64,000 nt of DNA, taken from NCBI GenBank assembly GCA_964439235.1, contig CAYTNT010000002.1, positions 28-64,027 of the forward strand, in the 5' to 3' direction. Each line of letters opens with the position of its first letter. Position 1 is the stretch's first letter. A program made the position numbers and the translations under genes. The notes below the pieces were generated by a model. That model saw nothing but the letters and a program-made list of their open reading frames with translations, was not told the DNA's origin and did no database searches. Positions 48,249 through 60,730 of the stretch are shown here, piece by piece. The stretch is from an uncultured Rhodoluna sp. Lineage in GTDB: Bacteria > Actinomycetota > Actinomycetes > Actinomycetales > Microbacteriaceae.

Positions 48249-49745
48249 ATGAGCGGCAATCAAAACATCGGTCACTGGATCAACGGAAAACTGATTCCTG
48301 GGGGTTCAGGCCGCTTCGGCGCAGTCTTTGACCCGGCCCTAGGAACCCAAACCGGATCGGTGGCCTTCGCCGGCGAGCAAGAGATTGAGGATGCGATAGG
48401 CGCTGCCACGGCGGCTTTCGGCGAGTGGCGCAACCGCAGCCTCGCCCAGCGCCAGAGCGTGCTGTTTCGGTTTCGCGAACTGCTAAACCAGCGCAAGGGC
48501 GAGCTCGCCGAAATCATCACCGCCGAACACGGCAAAGTGCTGTCGGATGCGCTCGGCGAAATAACTCGCGGTCAAGAGGTGGTCGAGTTTGCCACCGGCA
48601 TCCCACACCTTTTGAAGGGTTCTTACACCGAAAACGCATCCACCGGGGTCGATGTTTACAGCATTCGCCAGCCGCTCGGCGTGGTGGGCATCATCAGCCC
48701 GTTCAATTTTCCGGCGATGGTGCCGATGTGGTTTTTTCCGCTCGCGATTGCGGCCGGCAACACCGTTGTGCTCAAGCCTTCTGAGAAGAACCCGAGTGCT
48801 GCGATTTGGATCGCCAAGTTGCTTCAGGAAGCCGGGCTGCCGGATGGTGTTTTCAACGTTCTGAATGGCGACAAGCTCGCGGTCGATGGCCTGCTCGAGC
48901 ACCCCGATGTGAAGGCGATTTCGTTCGTCGGCTCGACACCGATCGCGAAATACGTCTATGAGACCGGCTCGCGCAACGGCAAGAGAGTCCAGGCCCTGGG
49001 CGGAGCCAAGAACCACATGCTGGTGCTGCCGGATGCCGACCTCGATCTGGTTGCCGACTCTGCCGTGAACGCCGGCTTTGGTTCGGCAGGTGAGCGTTGC
49101 ATGGCGATTTCGGTGGTCGTCGCGGTCGAACCGGTGGCCGACGCACTGATTGCCAAGGTCAAGGAGCGCATGGCCGTGCTTCGCACGGGCGATGGCCGAC
49201 GCAGCTGCGACATGGGTCCGCTGATCACGCGCGAGCACCGCGATCGCGTGGCCTCGTACATCGACATCGCGGTTCAAGATGGCGCACGTGTGGTCGTTGA
49301 CGGCCGGGATGCCCCAATCGACGGCGAGCCAAACGGATTCTGGCTTGGCCCGACCCTGATTGATGGGGTATCGGTCGAGTCCAAGGTCTATCGCGACGAG
49401 ATTTTTGGGCCGGTGCTGTCGGTGGTGCGAGTGCCGAGCTACGCAGCTGGGGTCGAGCTAATCAACTCCAGCCAGTTCGGCAACGGAACCGCAATCTTCA
49501 CCAACGACGGCGGTGCGGCAAGGCGATTCCAAAACGAGATTCAGGTCGGAATGGTAGGCATCAACGTTCCGATTCCGGTGCCGATGGCCTACTACTCGTT
49601 CGGAGGCTGGAAGAGCTCGCTATTCGGTGACACCAAGGCTCACGGCATGCAGGGCGTGCACTTCTTCACCAACGAAAAGACGGTAACCAGCCGCTGGCTC
49701 GACCCGAGCCACGGTGGCATCAACCTCGGTTTTCCGCAGAACTAG
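48249..49745 (+). CDS. mmsA: CoA-acylating methylmalonate-semialdehyde dehydrogenase
   Basis: PFNFPAM, FVGST, GGAKNH, AGERCMA, INVPIPVP. Confidence 0.93.
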   Translation: MSGNQNIGHWINGKLIPGGSGRFGAVFDPALGTQTGSVAFAGEQEIEDAIGAATAAFGEWRNRSLAQRQSVLFRFRELLNQRKGELAEIITAEHGKVLSDALGEITRGQEVVEFATGIPHLLKGSYTENASTGVDVYSIRQPLGVVGIISPFNFPAMVPMWFFPLAIAAGNTVVLKPSEKNPSAAIWIAKLLQEAGLPDGVFNVLNGDKLAVDGLLEHPDVKAISFVGSTPIAKYVYETGSRNGKRVQALGGAKNHMLVLPDADLDLVADSAVNAGFGSAGERCMAISVVVAVEPVADALIAKVKERMAVLRTGDGRRSCDMGPLITREHRDRVASYIDIAVQDGARVVVDGRDAPIDGEPNGFWLGPTLIDGVSVESKVYRDEIFGPVLSVVRVPSYAAGVELINSSQFGNGTAIFTNDGGAARRFQNEIQVGMVGINVPIPVPMAYYSFGGWKSSLFGDTKAHGMQGVHFFTNEKTVTSRWLDPSHGGINLGFPQN

Positions 49746-50347
49746 CGCAGCAAACCCGGAAAAGCGCTGCCCAGCGCACCGATGATCGTCGATGCGGCAA
49801 TCGCCAGCAGCAGCAGGCCGAGAATGCGACTAACCACCATGAGTCCGGTGTCGCCCAGCAACTTTTCAATCGGGGATGCCGCGAGCAAAAACAGGTAGGT
49901 CAGCAGCGAGAGTCCGACGATGATCACGAGGTTAGTGACGCGAACAACCGGGGTGTCGGCGTTGCCGAGCGCGATCACCGTGGCGATAGCGCCAGGGCCG
50001 GCCATCAGCGGAATCGCCAGGGGAACGATTGCCGCTCCAGCCGCGGCACCCTCGGGCTTTTCGAGTGACTTGCCCATGGCCATCTTCCAGCCGAACGCTG
50101 CGATCACGAGCGAGCCGGCGATGCGGAACGCATCCAGCTCAATGCTCAAGGATTTCAGGATCACATCGCCCAGGAAATAGGCGATAAACAGGGTCAGGCC
50201 GGCCACTGCAGCGGTCTTGAGTGCCATTAGGCGTCGCGCCTTTGAGCTGAGCCCTGCCGAGAGGGTCAGGAAGACCGGAATTGAGGTGATTGGGTTGACG
50301 ATTGCGAACAGTGCGATCAGAGTCGTGACGTCGCTCGAAAGCTTCAT
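49742..50347 (-). CDS. MarC-family membrane protein
   Basis: IVNPI, FRIAG, PLAIPLMAGPGAI, SRILGLLLLAIA. Confidence 0.9.
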   Translation of the reverse strand: MKLSSDVTTLIALFAIVNPITSIPVFLTLSAGLSSKARRLMALKTAAVAGLTLFIAYFLGDVILKSLSIELDAFRIAGSLVIAAFGWKMAMGKSLEKPEGAAAGAAIVPLAIPLMAGPGAIATVIALGNADTPVVRVTNLVIIVGLSLLTYLFLLAASPIEKLLGDTGLMVVSRILGLLLLAIAASTIIGALGSAFPGLLR

Positions 50348-50411
50348 AACTTTGAGTCTATTGCCAAGATTTAGAGAAGATTTTCGCATCCACTCTGGTT
50401 GGATTTTCTAG

Positions 50412-52595
<2,184 letters not shown>

Positions 52596-52613
52596 TCTGT
52601 CGAGCAAGATTTT

Positions 52614-52649
52614 GCGGCCTGCCCAATTGGGTGGGCCGCTTTTCTTTTT
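52614..52649 (+). terminator. Intrinsic terminator of katG
   Basis: GCGGCCTGCCC / GGGTGGGCCGC stem followed by TTTTCTTTTT. Confidence 0.88.
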
Positions 52650-52650
52650 G

Positions 52651-52680
52651 TGATACTATTTTGATATCACATTGATATCG
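52651..52680 (+). promoter_or_regulatory. Triple TGATATCA-type operator
   Basis: TGATACTA (52651), TGATATCA (52662) and TGATATCG (52673) at exact 11-bp spacing, abutting the SD. Confidence 0.75.
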
Positions 52681-52689
52681 GAGGTTATC

Positions 52690-53679
52690 GTGAAAGAAAA
52701 GTCAACGAAGGTTCTGCCAGGTTTGGTTGGGCTCGTGCTCATGCTTGCATTTGCAGCATCCGGAACCTGGTACGTCATCCAGTTAGCGTCATCGAACGGC
52801 GACTTCGCGGGAGCAGCTGCCGAGTCCTACGCGTGGGTGCCAATTGTTCTCATTGGTTTGGCAGCGTTCATTTCGGCTGGCTTCTTCACACTTCAGCCCA
52901 ATGAGGCTCGAGTTTTGATCCTGTTTGGAAAATACCGCGGCACCGTTAAGACCGCCGGTTGGCACTGGGGCAACCCGCTGTACTCAAACTCAGCACCAAG
53001 CTCAAACCAGCAGGACGAGATCACCAGCCAGCTAAAGGCCGGCAAGATCACGACTCCGGTAAAGAAGCAGGATTCACGCTTCAAGATTTCGTTGCGCGCT
53101 CGCACGATCATCGGCGAGACCATCAAGGTCAACGACCGCAAGGGAAACCCGATTGAGATTGCAGCCGTCGTGGTTTGGCGCATCGAAGACACCGCCAAGG
53201 CCGTGTTCGAAGTTGACGACTACCGCACCTATGTAAAGACTCAGGTTGAGACGGCTCTTCGTCACGTCGCCACTCAGTTTGCTTACGACCACAGCGAAAC
53301 AGGCGAGCTCTCTGGTGAACTGACCCTGCGCGGAAACCCCGAAGAAGTCGCCCACGAGCTTCGCCTCGACCTGGCCCAGCGTCTCGCGGTCGCTGGAGTT
53401 ACCATCGATGACGCCCGCCTGACCCACCTGGCCTATGCGCCAGAGATTGCACAGGCCATGCTGCGACGCCAGCAGGCCGAGGCGGTCATCAGTGCCCGTC
53501 GCAAGATTGTTCAAGGTGCAGTCGGAATGGTCGAAATGGCCCTGCTGGAACTCGAAAAGTCGAACTCGGTGGCTCTGGATGCCGAGCGTCGCGCGTCGAT
53601 GGTGAGCAACCTCATGGTCGTTCTTTGCAGTGACAAAGAGGCAGCGCCAGTCATCAACACCGGAACTCTGTATAACTAA
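52690..53679 (+). CDS. SPFH/band-7 domain membrane protein
   Basis: Two N-terminal TM segments, QPNEARVLILFGKY, KVNDRKGNPIEIAAVVVW, LAYAPEIAQAMLRRQQA. Confidence 0.92.
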   Translation: MKEKSTKVLPGLVGLVLMLAFAASGTWYVIQLASSNGDFAGAAAESYAWVPIVLIGLAAFISAGFFTLQPNEARVLILFGKYRGTVKTAGWHWGNPLYSNSAPSSNQQDEITSQLKAGKITTPVKKQDSRFKISLRARTIIGETIKVNDRKGNPIEIAAVVVWRIEDTAKAVFEVDDYRTYVKTQVETALRHVATQFAYDHSETGELSGELTLRGNPEEVAHELRLDLAQRLAVAGVTIDDARLTHLAYAPEIAQAMLRRQQAEAVISARRKIVQGAVGMVEMALLELEKSNSVALDAERRASMVSNLMVVLCSDKEAAPVINTGTLYN

Positions 53680-53867
53680 TGACAAACGAGAGAAAGTCGC
53701 TACCGCTGCGTATTTCGCCCGAACTCTGGGTCGAGTTGAAGGCCTGGGCAGAGCAAGATATGCGCAGCGTAAACTCACAGATCGAACTGATCCTGCGGGA
53801 TGCCGTTGAGCGGCGAAAGCATGGCTCAAACGCGAGTATGCCCAACCAGGAGCGCAAGCGAGCTTGA
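53679..53867 (+). CDS. Arc/ribbon-helix-helix DNA-binding protein
   Basis: RKSLPLRISPELW..WAEQDMRSVNSQIE. Translationally coupled (TAATG). Confidence 0.85.
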   Translation: MTNERKSLPLRISPELWVELKAWAEQDMRSVNSQIELILRDAVERRKHGSNASMPNQERKRA

Positions 53868-53904
53868 TGTAATTCTCGTTGCGGCTTCGGCTTAGGATTG
53901 CCAC

Positions 53905-54753
53905 ATGAAAAATGTGACTCTCGCCAACGGCGTCGAGATGCCAATCCTTGGCTTCGGCGTATTCCAGATCCGCGACCACGACGAGTGCGTGGCATCGGTT
54001 GAATCGGCTCTCGAAGTGGGCTACCGCTCGATCGACACCGCGGCCTCGTACTTCAACGAAGAGGCCGTTGGTAAGGCGCTTGCCCAAAGCGGCATCAAGC
54101 GTGACGAGCTGTTCATCACCACCAAGGTTTGGGTTGACTCAGCGGGCGAGGATGCCGCTTTGCGCGCGTTCGACGCATCCATGAAGAAATTGGGGCTCGA
54201 CTACCTCGACCTTTACCTGATTCACCAGCCATACGGTGACGTTTACGGCTCGTGGAGGGCGATGCAGCGGCTCTACAGCGAGGGTCGCATCCGCGCTATC
54301 GGTGTCTCGAACTTTTATCCTGACCGGCTGCTCGACCTAATCATGCACAACGAGATTGCACCTCACGTCAATCAGATTGAGACTCACCCGTTCTTGCAGC
54401 GCGTCGAGTTCCAGGCACTGATGCAGAGCAAGGGAGTGCAGATTGAGTCGTGGGCTCCGTTCGCCGAGGGGCGCAACGACCTGTTCACCAACCCGGTTCT
54501 TGCCGCAATCGGTGAGGCTCACGGCAAGTCGGTGGCCCAGGTTGTGCTGCGCTGGTTGATTCAGCGCGATGTCGTTGTGATTCCGAAGTCGGTGAACCCG
54601 AGTCGAATCGCCGAGAACTTCAACGTCTTTGACTTCGAACTATCGGCCGCCGACATGGATGCGATTGCGCAGCTCGAGACCGGCGAGAGCCTGTTCCTCG
54701 ACCACCGCTCGGTTGAGGCAACCGAACGCATCGGGGGCTACAAGCTCAGCTAG
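53905..54753 (+). CDS. Aldo/keto reductase (2,5-diketo-D-gluconate reductase-like)
   Basis: GFGVFQ, DTAASY, TTKVW, DLYLIH, IGVSNF, IPKS. Confidence 0.93.
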   Translation: MKNVTLANGVEMPILGFGVFQIRDHDECVASVESALEVGYRSIDTAASYFNEEAVGKALAQSGIKRDELFITTKVWVDSAGEDAALRAFDASMKKLGLDYLDLYLIHQPYGDVYGSWRAMQRLYSEGRIRAIGVSNFYPDRLLDLIMHNEIAPHVNQIETHPFLQRVEFQALMQSKGVQIESWAPFAEGRNDLFTNPVLAAIGEAHGKSVAQVVLRWLIQRDVVVIPKSVNPSRIAENFNVFDFELSAADMDAIAQLETGESLFLDHRSVEATERIGGYKLS

Positions 54754-54801
54754 CCGAGCCCGAGCATTTCAAGCCCGAGGCAACGCCCTGCAAACGCCGA
54801 G

Positions 54802-56703
54802 CTAAACCTCGATCGATATGTCGAACGCGATTACCCGCTGCTCTGGCAGGTGGTAGTAGTGCGCCGGAGCGGTAGCGTTTCGGTGCAGAGTGGTGAAGAT
54901 GATTTCTTCGGCACGGTTGAGGCCGGTCTTGTCGGCAGGCACCAGGGTTCGGTCAGTCACGAAGTAAATCGCATCCCGCTCTTCAAAATGTTCAGCAACG
55001 CTCTTCGAACGAAGTGCACGTGGCACGTTGCGCTGCTCCATGAAGCCCGAGCTAACTTCAACCGCACTCAAGAAGTCGTTGATCTGCTCGTACTTCGGTG
55101 GCTTGTGCGAGAACGGCGCATCCGCTGAGGTTACAGTAACGACCACGATCTGCGCTGGCATGCTGCCCAACACCTTGATCTGCTGCTCGAGAGCCTGCGG
55201 CACCGCGCCAAGCACGGCCGATGGGTAGATTCCGATGTTGTCGGTGAGGGTGACTTTTTTGCCCTTGCGCATCTTGCCAACCTGATCCCAGCTCATCGAT
55301 GTCGCAGACAGGCGCTTGTCGAGTTCATAGCGACCCTTGCGCCAGATCCACATCATGGATGCCAGGCAGAAGCCCATCAAGAGTGGCAACCATGCGCCGC
55401 TGATGATCTTGGTCGTCGTCGAGGCAAACAAAGCGACGTCGAGAACCAGGAACACCACAAAGAACGGCAGCAGAATCCAGCGCTGCTTCTTCCACTTCGA
55501 GAAGGCCAAAATTAGGAGGCCGACGGTTGAGACGAGCATTGTTCCGGCAATAGCAAAACTGTATGCACCAGCAAGCTTCGACGAAGATTCGAAGACGATG
55601 ACTAGCGCAATTGAACCAAGACCAACGATGGTGTTGACGAACGGAACGAAGATTTGCCCGCGCTCGTGCAGGTTAGTGTGGCGAATTCTGAGTCGAGGCA
55701 GAAGACCCAGCTGCGAAGCCTGACTGGCTAGGGATGCGACCGCGCTAATCAGAGCTTGAGAGGCGATGATGGTTGCCATTGTGGTCACGATAAAGAGGAA
55801 TACGGCGGGCAAGCCAGGCGCCGCCATTCCAAAGAAGCTGTTTCCGTAAGCGCTCGGGTCGCGAAGCAGAAGCGCACCCTGGCCGAAGTAGTTCAGCGGC
55901 AGAGCGAGACCGGCTAGACCAAACCAACCGATGCGAATCGGCGTCTTTCCGAAGTGGCCAAGATCAGCAAAAAGTGCCTCAGCACCCGTCACCGCAAGAA
56001 TCACCGATGACATTACAAAGAACGTCTGCCAGGCGTGATCCTGAATGAATCCAATGGCATAGGCAGGGTTGAGTGCCACCAGAGACTCTGGATTTTGCAT
56101 GATTTGTGTAATTCCGAGAAAGCCCAGGGTGATGAACCAAAGGATCATGACTGGACCGAAAATTCGGCCGATTCGATGAGTTCCCTTGAACTGCACGATG
56201 AAAAGTACGGCCAAGATGATGACCGTGACCGGAACCACAATCACTTCGAGTCCTGGGTTGATAGTCCTAAGGCCCTCGACCGCTGAAAGCACCGAGATGG
56301 CCGGGGTCATCATGCCGTCTGAGAACTCAAAGGCTGCCGCAATCAAGAACATGAATACCGTGAAGCCGAGGATGCCCTTGCGACCGTTGCGGATCTTCGC
56401 CGGCAGCTGCGAGAACATCGCGAGGGTTCCACCCTCGCCGCGGTTATCGGCATTCAAGACGAAGATCAGGTACTTGACCGAAACAACGAGGGTGAGCGTC
56501 CAGAACACCAGAGACAAGACACCGAGGATTTCGTTTTGGGTGTCACCGCCTGCTTTCACCGCTTCGTTGAATGCGTAGATCGGGCTGGTTCCGATGTCGC
56601 CGTAAACGACGCCGAGTGCGCCGAGAGTTAGAGCTGAAGTTCTGGTGAAGTTTGGAGCTTTTGTTTTTTTCATCACGTTTCCCGCTGGCAAATACTTCGC
56701 CAT
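54802..56703 (-). CDS. kup: KUP/HAK/KT potassium transporter
   Basis: GVVYGDIGTSPIY, NRGEGG, TPAISVLSAVEG, GAEALFADLGHF. Confidence 0.95.
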   Translation of the reverse strand: MAKYLPAGNVMKKTKAPNFTRTSALTLGALGVVYGDIGTSPIYAFNEAVKAGGDTQNEILGVLSLVFWTLTLVVSVKYLIFVLNADNRGEGGTLAMFSQLPAKIRNGRKGILGFTVFMFLIAAAFEFSDGMMTPAISVLSAVEGLRTINPGLEVIVVPVTVIILAVLFIVQFKGTHRIGRIFGPVMILWFITLGFLGITQIMQNPESLVALNPAYAIGFIQDHAWQTFFVMSSVILAVTGAEALFADLGHFGKTPIRIGWFGLAGLALPLNYFGQGALLLRDPSAYGNSFFGMAAPGLPAVFLFIVTTMATIIASQALISAVASLASQASQLGLLPRLRIRHTNLHERGQIFVPFVNTIVGLGSIALVIVFESSSKLAGAYSFAIAGTMLVSTVGLLILAFSKWKKQRWILLPFFVVFLVLDVALFASTTTKIISGAWLPLLMGFCLASMMWIWRKGRYELDKRLSATSMSWDQVGKMRKGKKVTLTDNIGIYPSAVLGAVPQALEQQIKVLGSMPAQIVVVTVTSADAPFSHKPPKYEQINDFLSAVEVSSGFMEQRNVPRALRSKSVAEHFEERDAIYFVTDRTLVPADKTGLNRAEEIIFTTLHRNATAPAHYYHLPEQRVIAFDISIEV

Positions 56704-56770
56704 ACTACTCCTGTGGCGCTGGGGTGCAACCGAAGTCGAGGGTCTCCGCTCAGTGATTTATCCTTTTGGT

Positions 56771-57298
56771 ATGTCACAAGAAATTCGTGAGATTCTCTCC
56801 GGTGGCAACCGAACTTCGGTCGGTCGAGCCGCCGAAATCATCGATCAGGCCTGCGACTCGTCGACCGTGCTTGATGCGGTTTACTCACTTTTTTTCGATG
56901 AAGACCCTGTTATCGTCATGCGCTCTAGTTACGTTGCGATGAGGGTCGCTGAAAAGCAGCCGGCATCAGTCGAACCCCACCTCGAGATGCTGCTAGCCCG
57001 ACTCGACGATTTCAAACAGCAGGAGATCCGCTGGCATATCCCTCAACTCTTAATGCATGTTTCTCTCAATGACACCCAGCGACGGGGTGTCTATCGCGAA
57101 CTCATGCACTGGGCAGAAACTGACCCGAGCAAGATTGTTCCTTATTACTCGTTGCCCACGGCCGCCAAGTTAGCAACCGAGGACGCACAACTAATGTCCG
57201 ATTTCTTGCCGCGACTCCGAGCGCTAAGCGGTAGCCCAGCTAAATCTGTTGCAAATAGGTGCAAAAAGATCGCCAAGTCTCTGAAGATTGAGCTTTAG
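56771..57298 (+). CDS. Hypothetical helical (HEAT-like) protein
   Basis: Start after TATCCT. DEDPVIVMR and QQEIRWHIPQL helical pattern. Confidence 0.65.
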   Translation: MSQEIREILSGGNRTSVGRAAEIIDQACDSSTVLDAVYSLFFDEDPVIVMRSSYVAMRVAEKQPASVEPHLEMLLARLDDFKQQEIRWHIPQLLMHVSLNDTQRRGVYRELMHWAETDPSKIVPYYSLPTAAKLATEDAQLMSDFLPRLRALSGSPAKSVANRCKKIAKSLKIEL

Positions 57299-57317
57299 CC
57301 AGCGGAAACGCTCTGCT

Positions 57318-57809
57318 TTATTCCGGGCGGGTCAGCTGGAAAGGCTGGCCCTCAGCATCGAAACAGGTGCGCAGGTTGAAGGCTTGCGGGGTTGGCCCAA
57401 ATTCTCGAAGCTCACGGATCTTCGCCTCAGCCTCGGCGGTGGTCGGGATGTGTCCGGCTGGAACCCACCAGAGAGCGGTGGTTGCAACAGCCACCCGGTG
57501 GAACCACTCGAACCGACGACGCATAATCTCGACGTGACCGGTCTTAAAGGTGAAGTCACGCAGGGCCTCGAGCGATTCCCACTTGGACATGTTCACCAGA
57601 ACCCCGGCGCTGCCTTGTTCATCCCATTCGAACGCCTTGATGGAAGTGGCGTCGCCATCCTCAGTCTTAAGTCTCCAAATGAAGCCCGGCGCGGAGTCGG
57701 CAATCGCGTTCACCGGTTCGAGGTTGTCGACAAAATCCTTCAGGCGCTCGCTCTCGAGCGGCTCCAGCATGCGGGCGATGTTGACCTGTGCCAATTCGAG
57801 TTTGCTCAT
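57318..57809 (-). CDS. DUF3291-family protein
   Basis: LAQVNIAR, NAIADSAPGFIWRL, NMSKWES, LWWVPAGHIPT. Confidence 0.88.
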   Translation of the reverse strand: MSKLELAQVNIARMLEPLESERLKDFVDNLEPVNAIADSAPGFIWRLKTEDGDATSIKAFEWDEQGSAGVLVNMSKWESLEALRDFTFKTGHVEIMRRRFEWFHRVAVATTALWWVPAGHIPTTAEAEAKIRELREFGPTPQAFNLRTCFDAEGQPFQLTRPE

Positions 57810-57832
57810 TTGGGTTTGTTCCGTTTCCTGGG

Positions 57833-58231
57833 TTAGTTGGACGCGTTTTTGGCGACCAAGCGGTCTTCGATGGCTTTGCGAATCAGCGCGATGAATTCGG
57901 CCGATTCAAGTTGCTCAAGCGATGTGATCTTGAGGTGTCGCAGCTTTGCGCCGGTGCCCTCGAGGATGCCGTTCTCGTCGATGTCGGTTCCGTGAAAGAA
58001 CCCAAGGTTGATGTGCTCTTTGAACGGCATCAGATAGCAGTACGCCTCCGACATTTTCTTCGGGCCAAGCCCGTAAGACAGTGACTTCTCGCCGAGTCGA
58101 GGCACGACTGTGCAGTTCGGGTCGAGGCTAAGGATCAGTTCGTGTCCGGCTTGCAAGAGCGGCAGCACCTTGGGGTTTGCAAGGGCAAACAACTCGGCAA
58201 TAGTGCCGAGGCGTTCATCGACTTTGATCAC
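57833..58231 (-). CDS. DUF1801-family protein
   Basis: HINLGFFHG..D..GILEGTGAKLRHLKI. Confidence 0.85.
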   Translation of the reverse strand: MIKVDERLGTIAELFALANPKVLPLLQAGHELILSLDPNCTVVPRLGEKSLSYGLGPKKMSEAYCYLMPFKEHINLGFFHGTDIDENGILEGTGAKLRHLKITSLEQLESAEFIALIRKAIEDRLVAKNASN

Positions 58232-58331
58232 GGGCTTAAGGGTATCAAGTGGCTGACTTAGACCAAGGCTGAGATCGACATCTGCTCTAAGACCCGAGCA
58301 CTGACACAGTTAACGATTCGAGCCGGCATAC

Positions 58332-60044
58332 CTACCGAAGCCTGAATAGGGCTAGCGCATGAAGCAGCGCCGGCAGTGATGCGACGAGCAGCCAAGTTCC
58401 TAGCGCGTCGTCGGCAATTCTCAGGGCTACGCCTGCTCCTAGAAGCGCCGTGAACACTAGCGCTGAACCAAGCCTTCGGGTGCTGCCGTCGAGTTTGGTT
58501 AGTCGAGCTTCAAGTTCTGGGTTTCGCGTCGAGAGTTCGCCTCGTTCGGCGCGTGTGGCGAGCAACTCGATTCGGCCAGGGATGCGTGCCAGGTTAGCCA
58601 AAGTTTCGTACGCGTCAGCACCGAACTGGCGCAGGGTGCCGTTGCGAGCCGAGTTGAGCAGCGACCGGGCGAACGGGTCGACCGCATCCCACATATTGAA
58701 GTCGCGGTTTAGTGCGCTGGTGACCCCAGAAACCACCGAGATGCTCCGCAGCAACATCAGGAAGTTTTCCGGAAACTGAAACGGCAGTGCTAAAACCAAG
58801 TCGCTGAACCTGGCCGCGAACTCACGAATCTCGCGCGGGTCGGTCTGCGCGATTTGGGTTACCGCAACACCACCGAATCGCTTGAAGAGTTCGGTGATTG
58901 CCTTTTCGAGTTGAACAGTGTCGGCAGTTGGCAGCAGCAGCCCCAGATCCTCAACGGCTGTGATCCACCCCCTGGCATCTCGAGCCACGACCGCAAAAAT
59001 GAACGACTGCAGCCTCTTGCTTTGCAGATTGGTGATCTCACCCATCATGCCGAAATCGATAAACGTCAGAGTGAAAGGTGCGGCGCTACCTGATTTTGCG
59101 GGGGTTACAAAGATGTTGCCAGGATGCGGGTCCGCGTGAAAAAAGCCGTGCACGAAAAACTGTTCAAAGGTCACTCGCGCTAGCTCGGCGGCTACCGCGT
59201 CTGGATCAATTCCATTCGCTTCGAGCTGCTCAACATCGGTGATTTTGATTGCGCTGACATCACTCAAGGTCAGCACTCGGCTGGATGAGCGGTCCCAAAC
59301 GATTTCGGGCGTTGAGACGATGTCATCATTCGCGAAGTTGGCGGCGAATCGCTCAAGGTTGGCAGCCTCGCGAAGGTAGTCGATTTCTTCGAGGCTGGTT
59401 TTTGCAAACTCTTCCACGAGCCGCGGAACATCTGCACGACGAGAAATGAGTTTGACCCGAGACATCCAAGTGCCGATTTTTCGCAGAGCCTTTAGATCAA
59501 TCTCTACGATGTCCTGAATGCCCGGACGCAGAACCTTCACGATGACATCTTCGTAACCGACCAGTTCAGCTAGCCCAGGGCTCAGTTTTGCGCGGTGAGC
59601 CTGGCCGAGCGAGGCTGCAGCAATCGGCTCTGTGTCAAAGCTCGCGAAAGACGTGCCAACAGGCATCTCTAGGTCCTGCTCGATTTGCGCCAGGATTTCA
59701 TCGAGGTTCTCGGGCGCGACTTCATCCTGTAGGCCCTCTAATTCCCGAGTGATTTCGGCTGGCAGAATGTCGAGGCGTGACGATAGAAATTGTCCGGCTT
59801 TGATCATCAGTCCGCCGAGGTCGGCTGCAAGGTGATTGAAGCCTCGAGCGAGTCTTTTGAATCTTCTGATTCGAGAACGGTTTGCAAGACCACTGAGCCC
59901 CATGGTTGGCAGCGCTATCTCGAACCACCATGACTGGGCTAGAGCCAGAGCGGCAAATGTTGTAATTCGTCGATAGCGTGCCCGAAGCAACGCATCGCGT
60001 TGCCTTGCCGTTCTGGGCAGCTGGTCCGAGCTGTCGGTTCGCAC
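58332..60044 (-). CDS. AarF/UbiB (ABC1) atypical kinase
   Basis: IKAGQ, LQDEV, AAASLGQAH, VKVLRP, HADPHPGN, IDFGMMG, two C-terminal TM segments. Confidence 0.93.
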   Translation of the reverse strand: MRTDSSDQLPRTARQRDALLRARYRRITTFAALALAQSWWFEIALPTMGLSGLANRSRIRRFKRLARGFNHLAADLGGLMIKAGQFLSSRLDILPAEITRELEGLQDEVAPENLDEILAQIEQDLEMPVGTSFASFDTEPIAAASLGQAHRAKLSPGLAELVGYEDVIVKVLRPGIQDIVEIDLKALRKIGTWMSRVKLISRRADVPRLVEEFAKTSLEEIDYLREAANLERFAANFANDDIVSTPEIVWDRSSSRVLTLSDVSAIKITDVEQLEANGIDPDAVAAELARVTFEQFFVHGFFHADPHPGNIFVTPAKSGSAAPFTLTFIDFGMMGEITNLQSKRLQSFIFAVVARDARGWITAVEDLGLLLPTADTVQLEKAITELFKRFGGVAVTQIAQTDPREIREFAARFSDLVLALPFQFPENFLMLLRSISVVSGVTSALNRDFNMWDAVDPFARSLLNSARNGTLRQFGADAYETLANLARIPGRIELLATRAERGELSTRNPELEARLTKLDGSTRRLGSALVFTALLGAGVALRIADDALGTWLLVASLPALLHALALFRLR

Positions 60045-60048
60045 TAGC

Positions 60049-60630
60049 TCAGTCGGTTTCGGCGAGAATCGCGTGCAGCTTCTTGTTGACCTGCGAAATC
60101 AGTTCGGCCGCCTCGGTTTGCTGCTTCGAAGAGGCGAAGTGGGTGAGCTGACTCACCGTTTGCGCTAGGGCACCTGAAGTCTTGAGAAGTTTCACCTTTG
60201 GGTTGTCGCTGGTCTTGCAGTCTGAGCGCCTGGAGGATTCAGCAGCCTCTGGCGAGTCACCTGCTTGCGCATTCGTCGACTCTTTGAGTTCGGCCAGTCG
60301 GCGTTTGCCCTTTTCGGTGATTGCGAAGAGTCTGCGTTCTGACTCGACCTTCTTCGAGACGAGCTTGTTTTCGGCGAGTTTGCCCAGCAGCTCGTGAGTT
60401 TTGCCGGTCGAAGGATTGAACCTGCCTGCGCTCTGCAGAGAGATCGCCGAGACCAGCCCGGTGATTGTCAGAGGCTCTGCGGTGAGGCTGAACAGGACTG
60501 CCGCCTCAAACTCATCCTCGCTTGGTTGGGAAGTGTTTGGAATAGAAACGGCGTTGAAACCCTTGGACGCAATGTTTTTCAGGGCATCCAGGATGTCTTG
60601 AAGGTCTTTTCTCAGGTCTGAGTTTTGCAT
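60049..60630 (-). CDS. Divergent PadR-like winged-helix regulator
   Basis: FNPSTGKTHELLGKL...RRLFAITEKGK, C-terminal KKLHAILAE. Directly upstream of aarF. Confidence 0.7.
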   Translation of the reverse strand: MQNSDLRKDLQDILDALKNIASKGFNAVSIPNTSQPSEDEFEAAVLFSLTAEPLTITGLVSAISLQSAGRFNPSTGKTHELLGKLAENKLVSKKVESERRLFAITEKGKRRLAELKESTNAQAGDSPEAAESSRRSDCKTSDNPKVKLLKTSGALAQTVSQLTHFASSKQQTEAAELISQVNKKLHAILAETD

Positions 60631-60730
60631 CTAGGGAACTCGCATTCGTTTTTTGTTCGCACAAGAACCAATCTGAGCCAGTGGGTATTCATTCCCTGAA
60701 GCGCCTGACTGAAAGCAGGCAGGGATGCGC

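Noticed and set aside
56704-56770. c-di-AMP (ydaO) riboswitch upstream of kup
   Set aside because: Only 67 nt are available and none of the conserved ydaO segments are visible.
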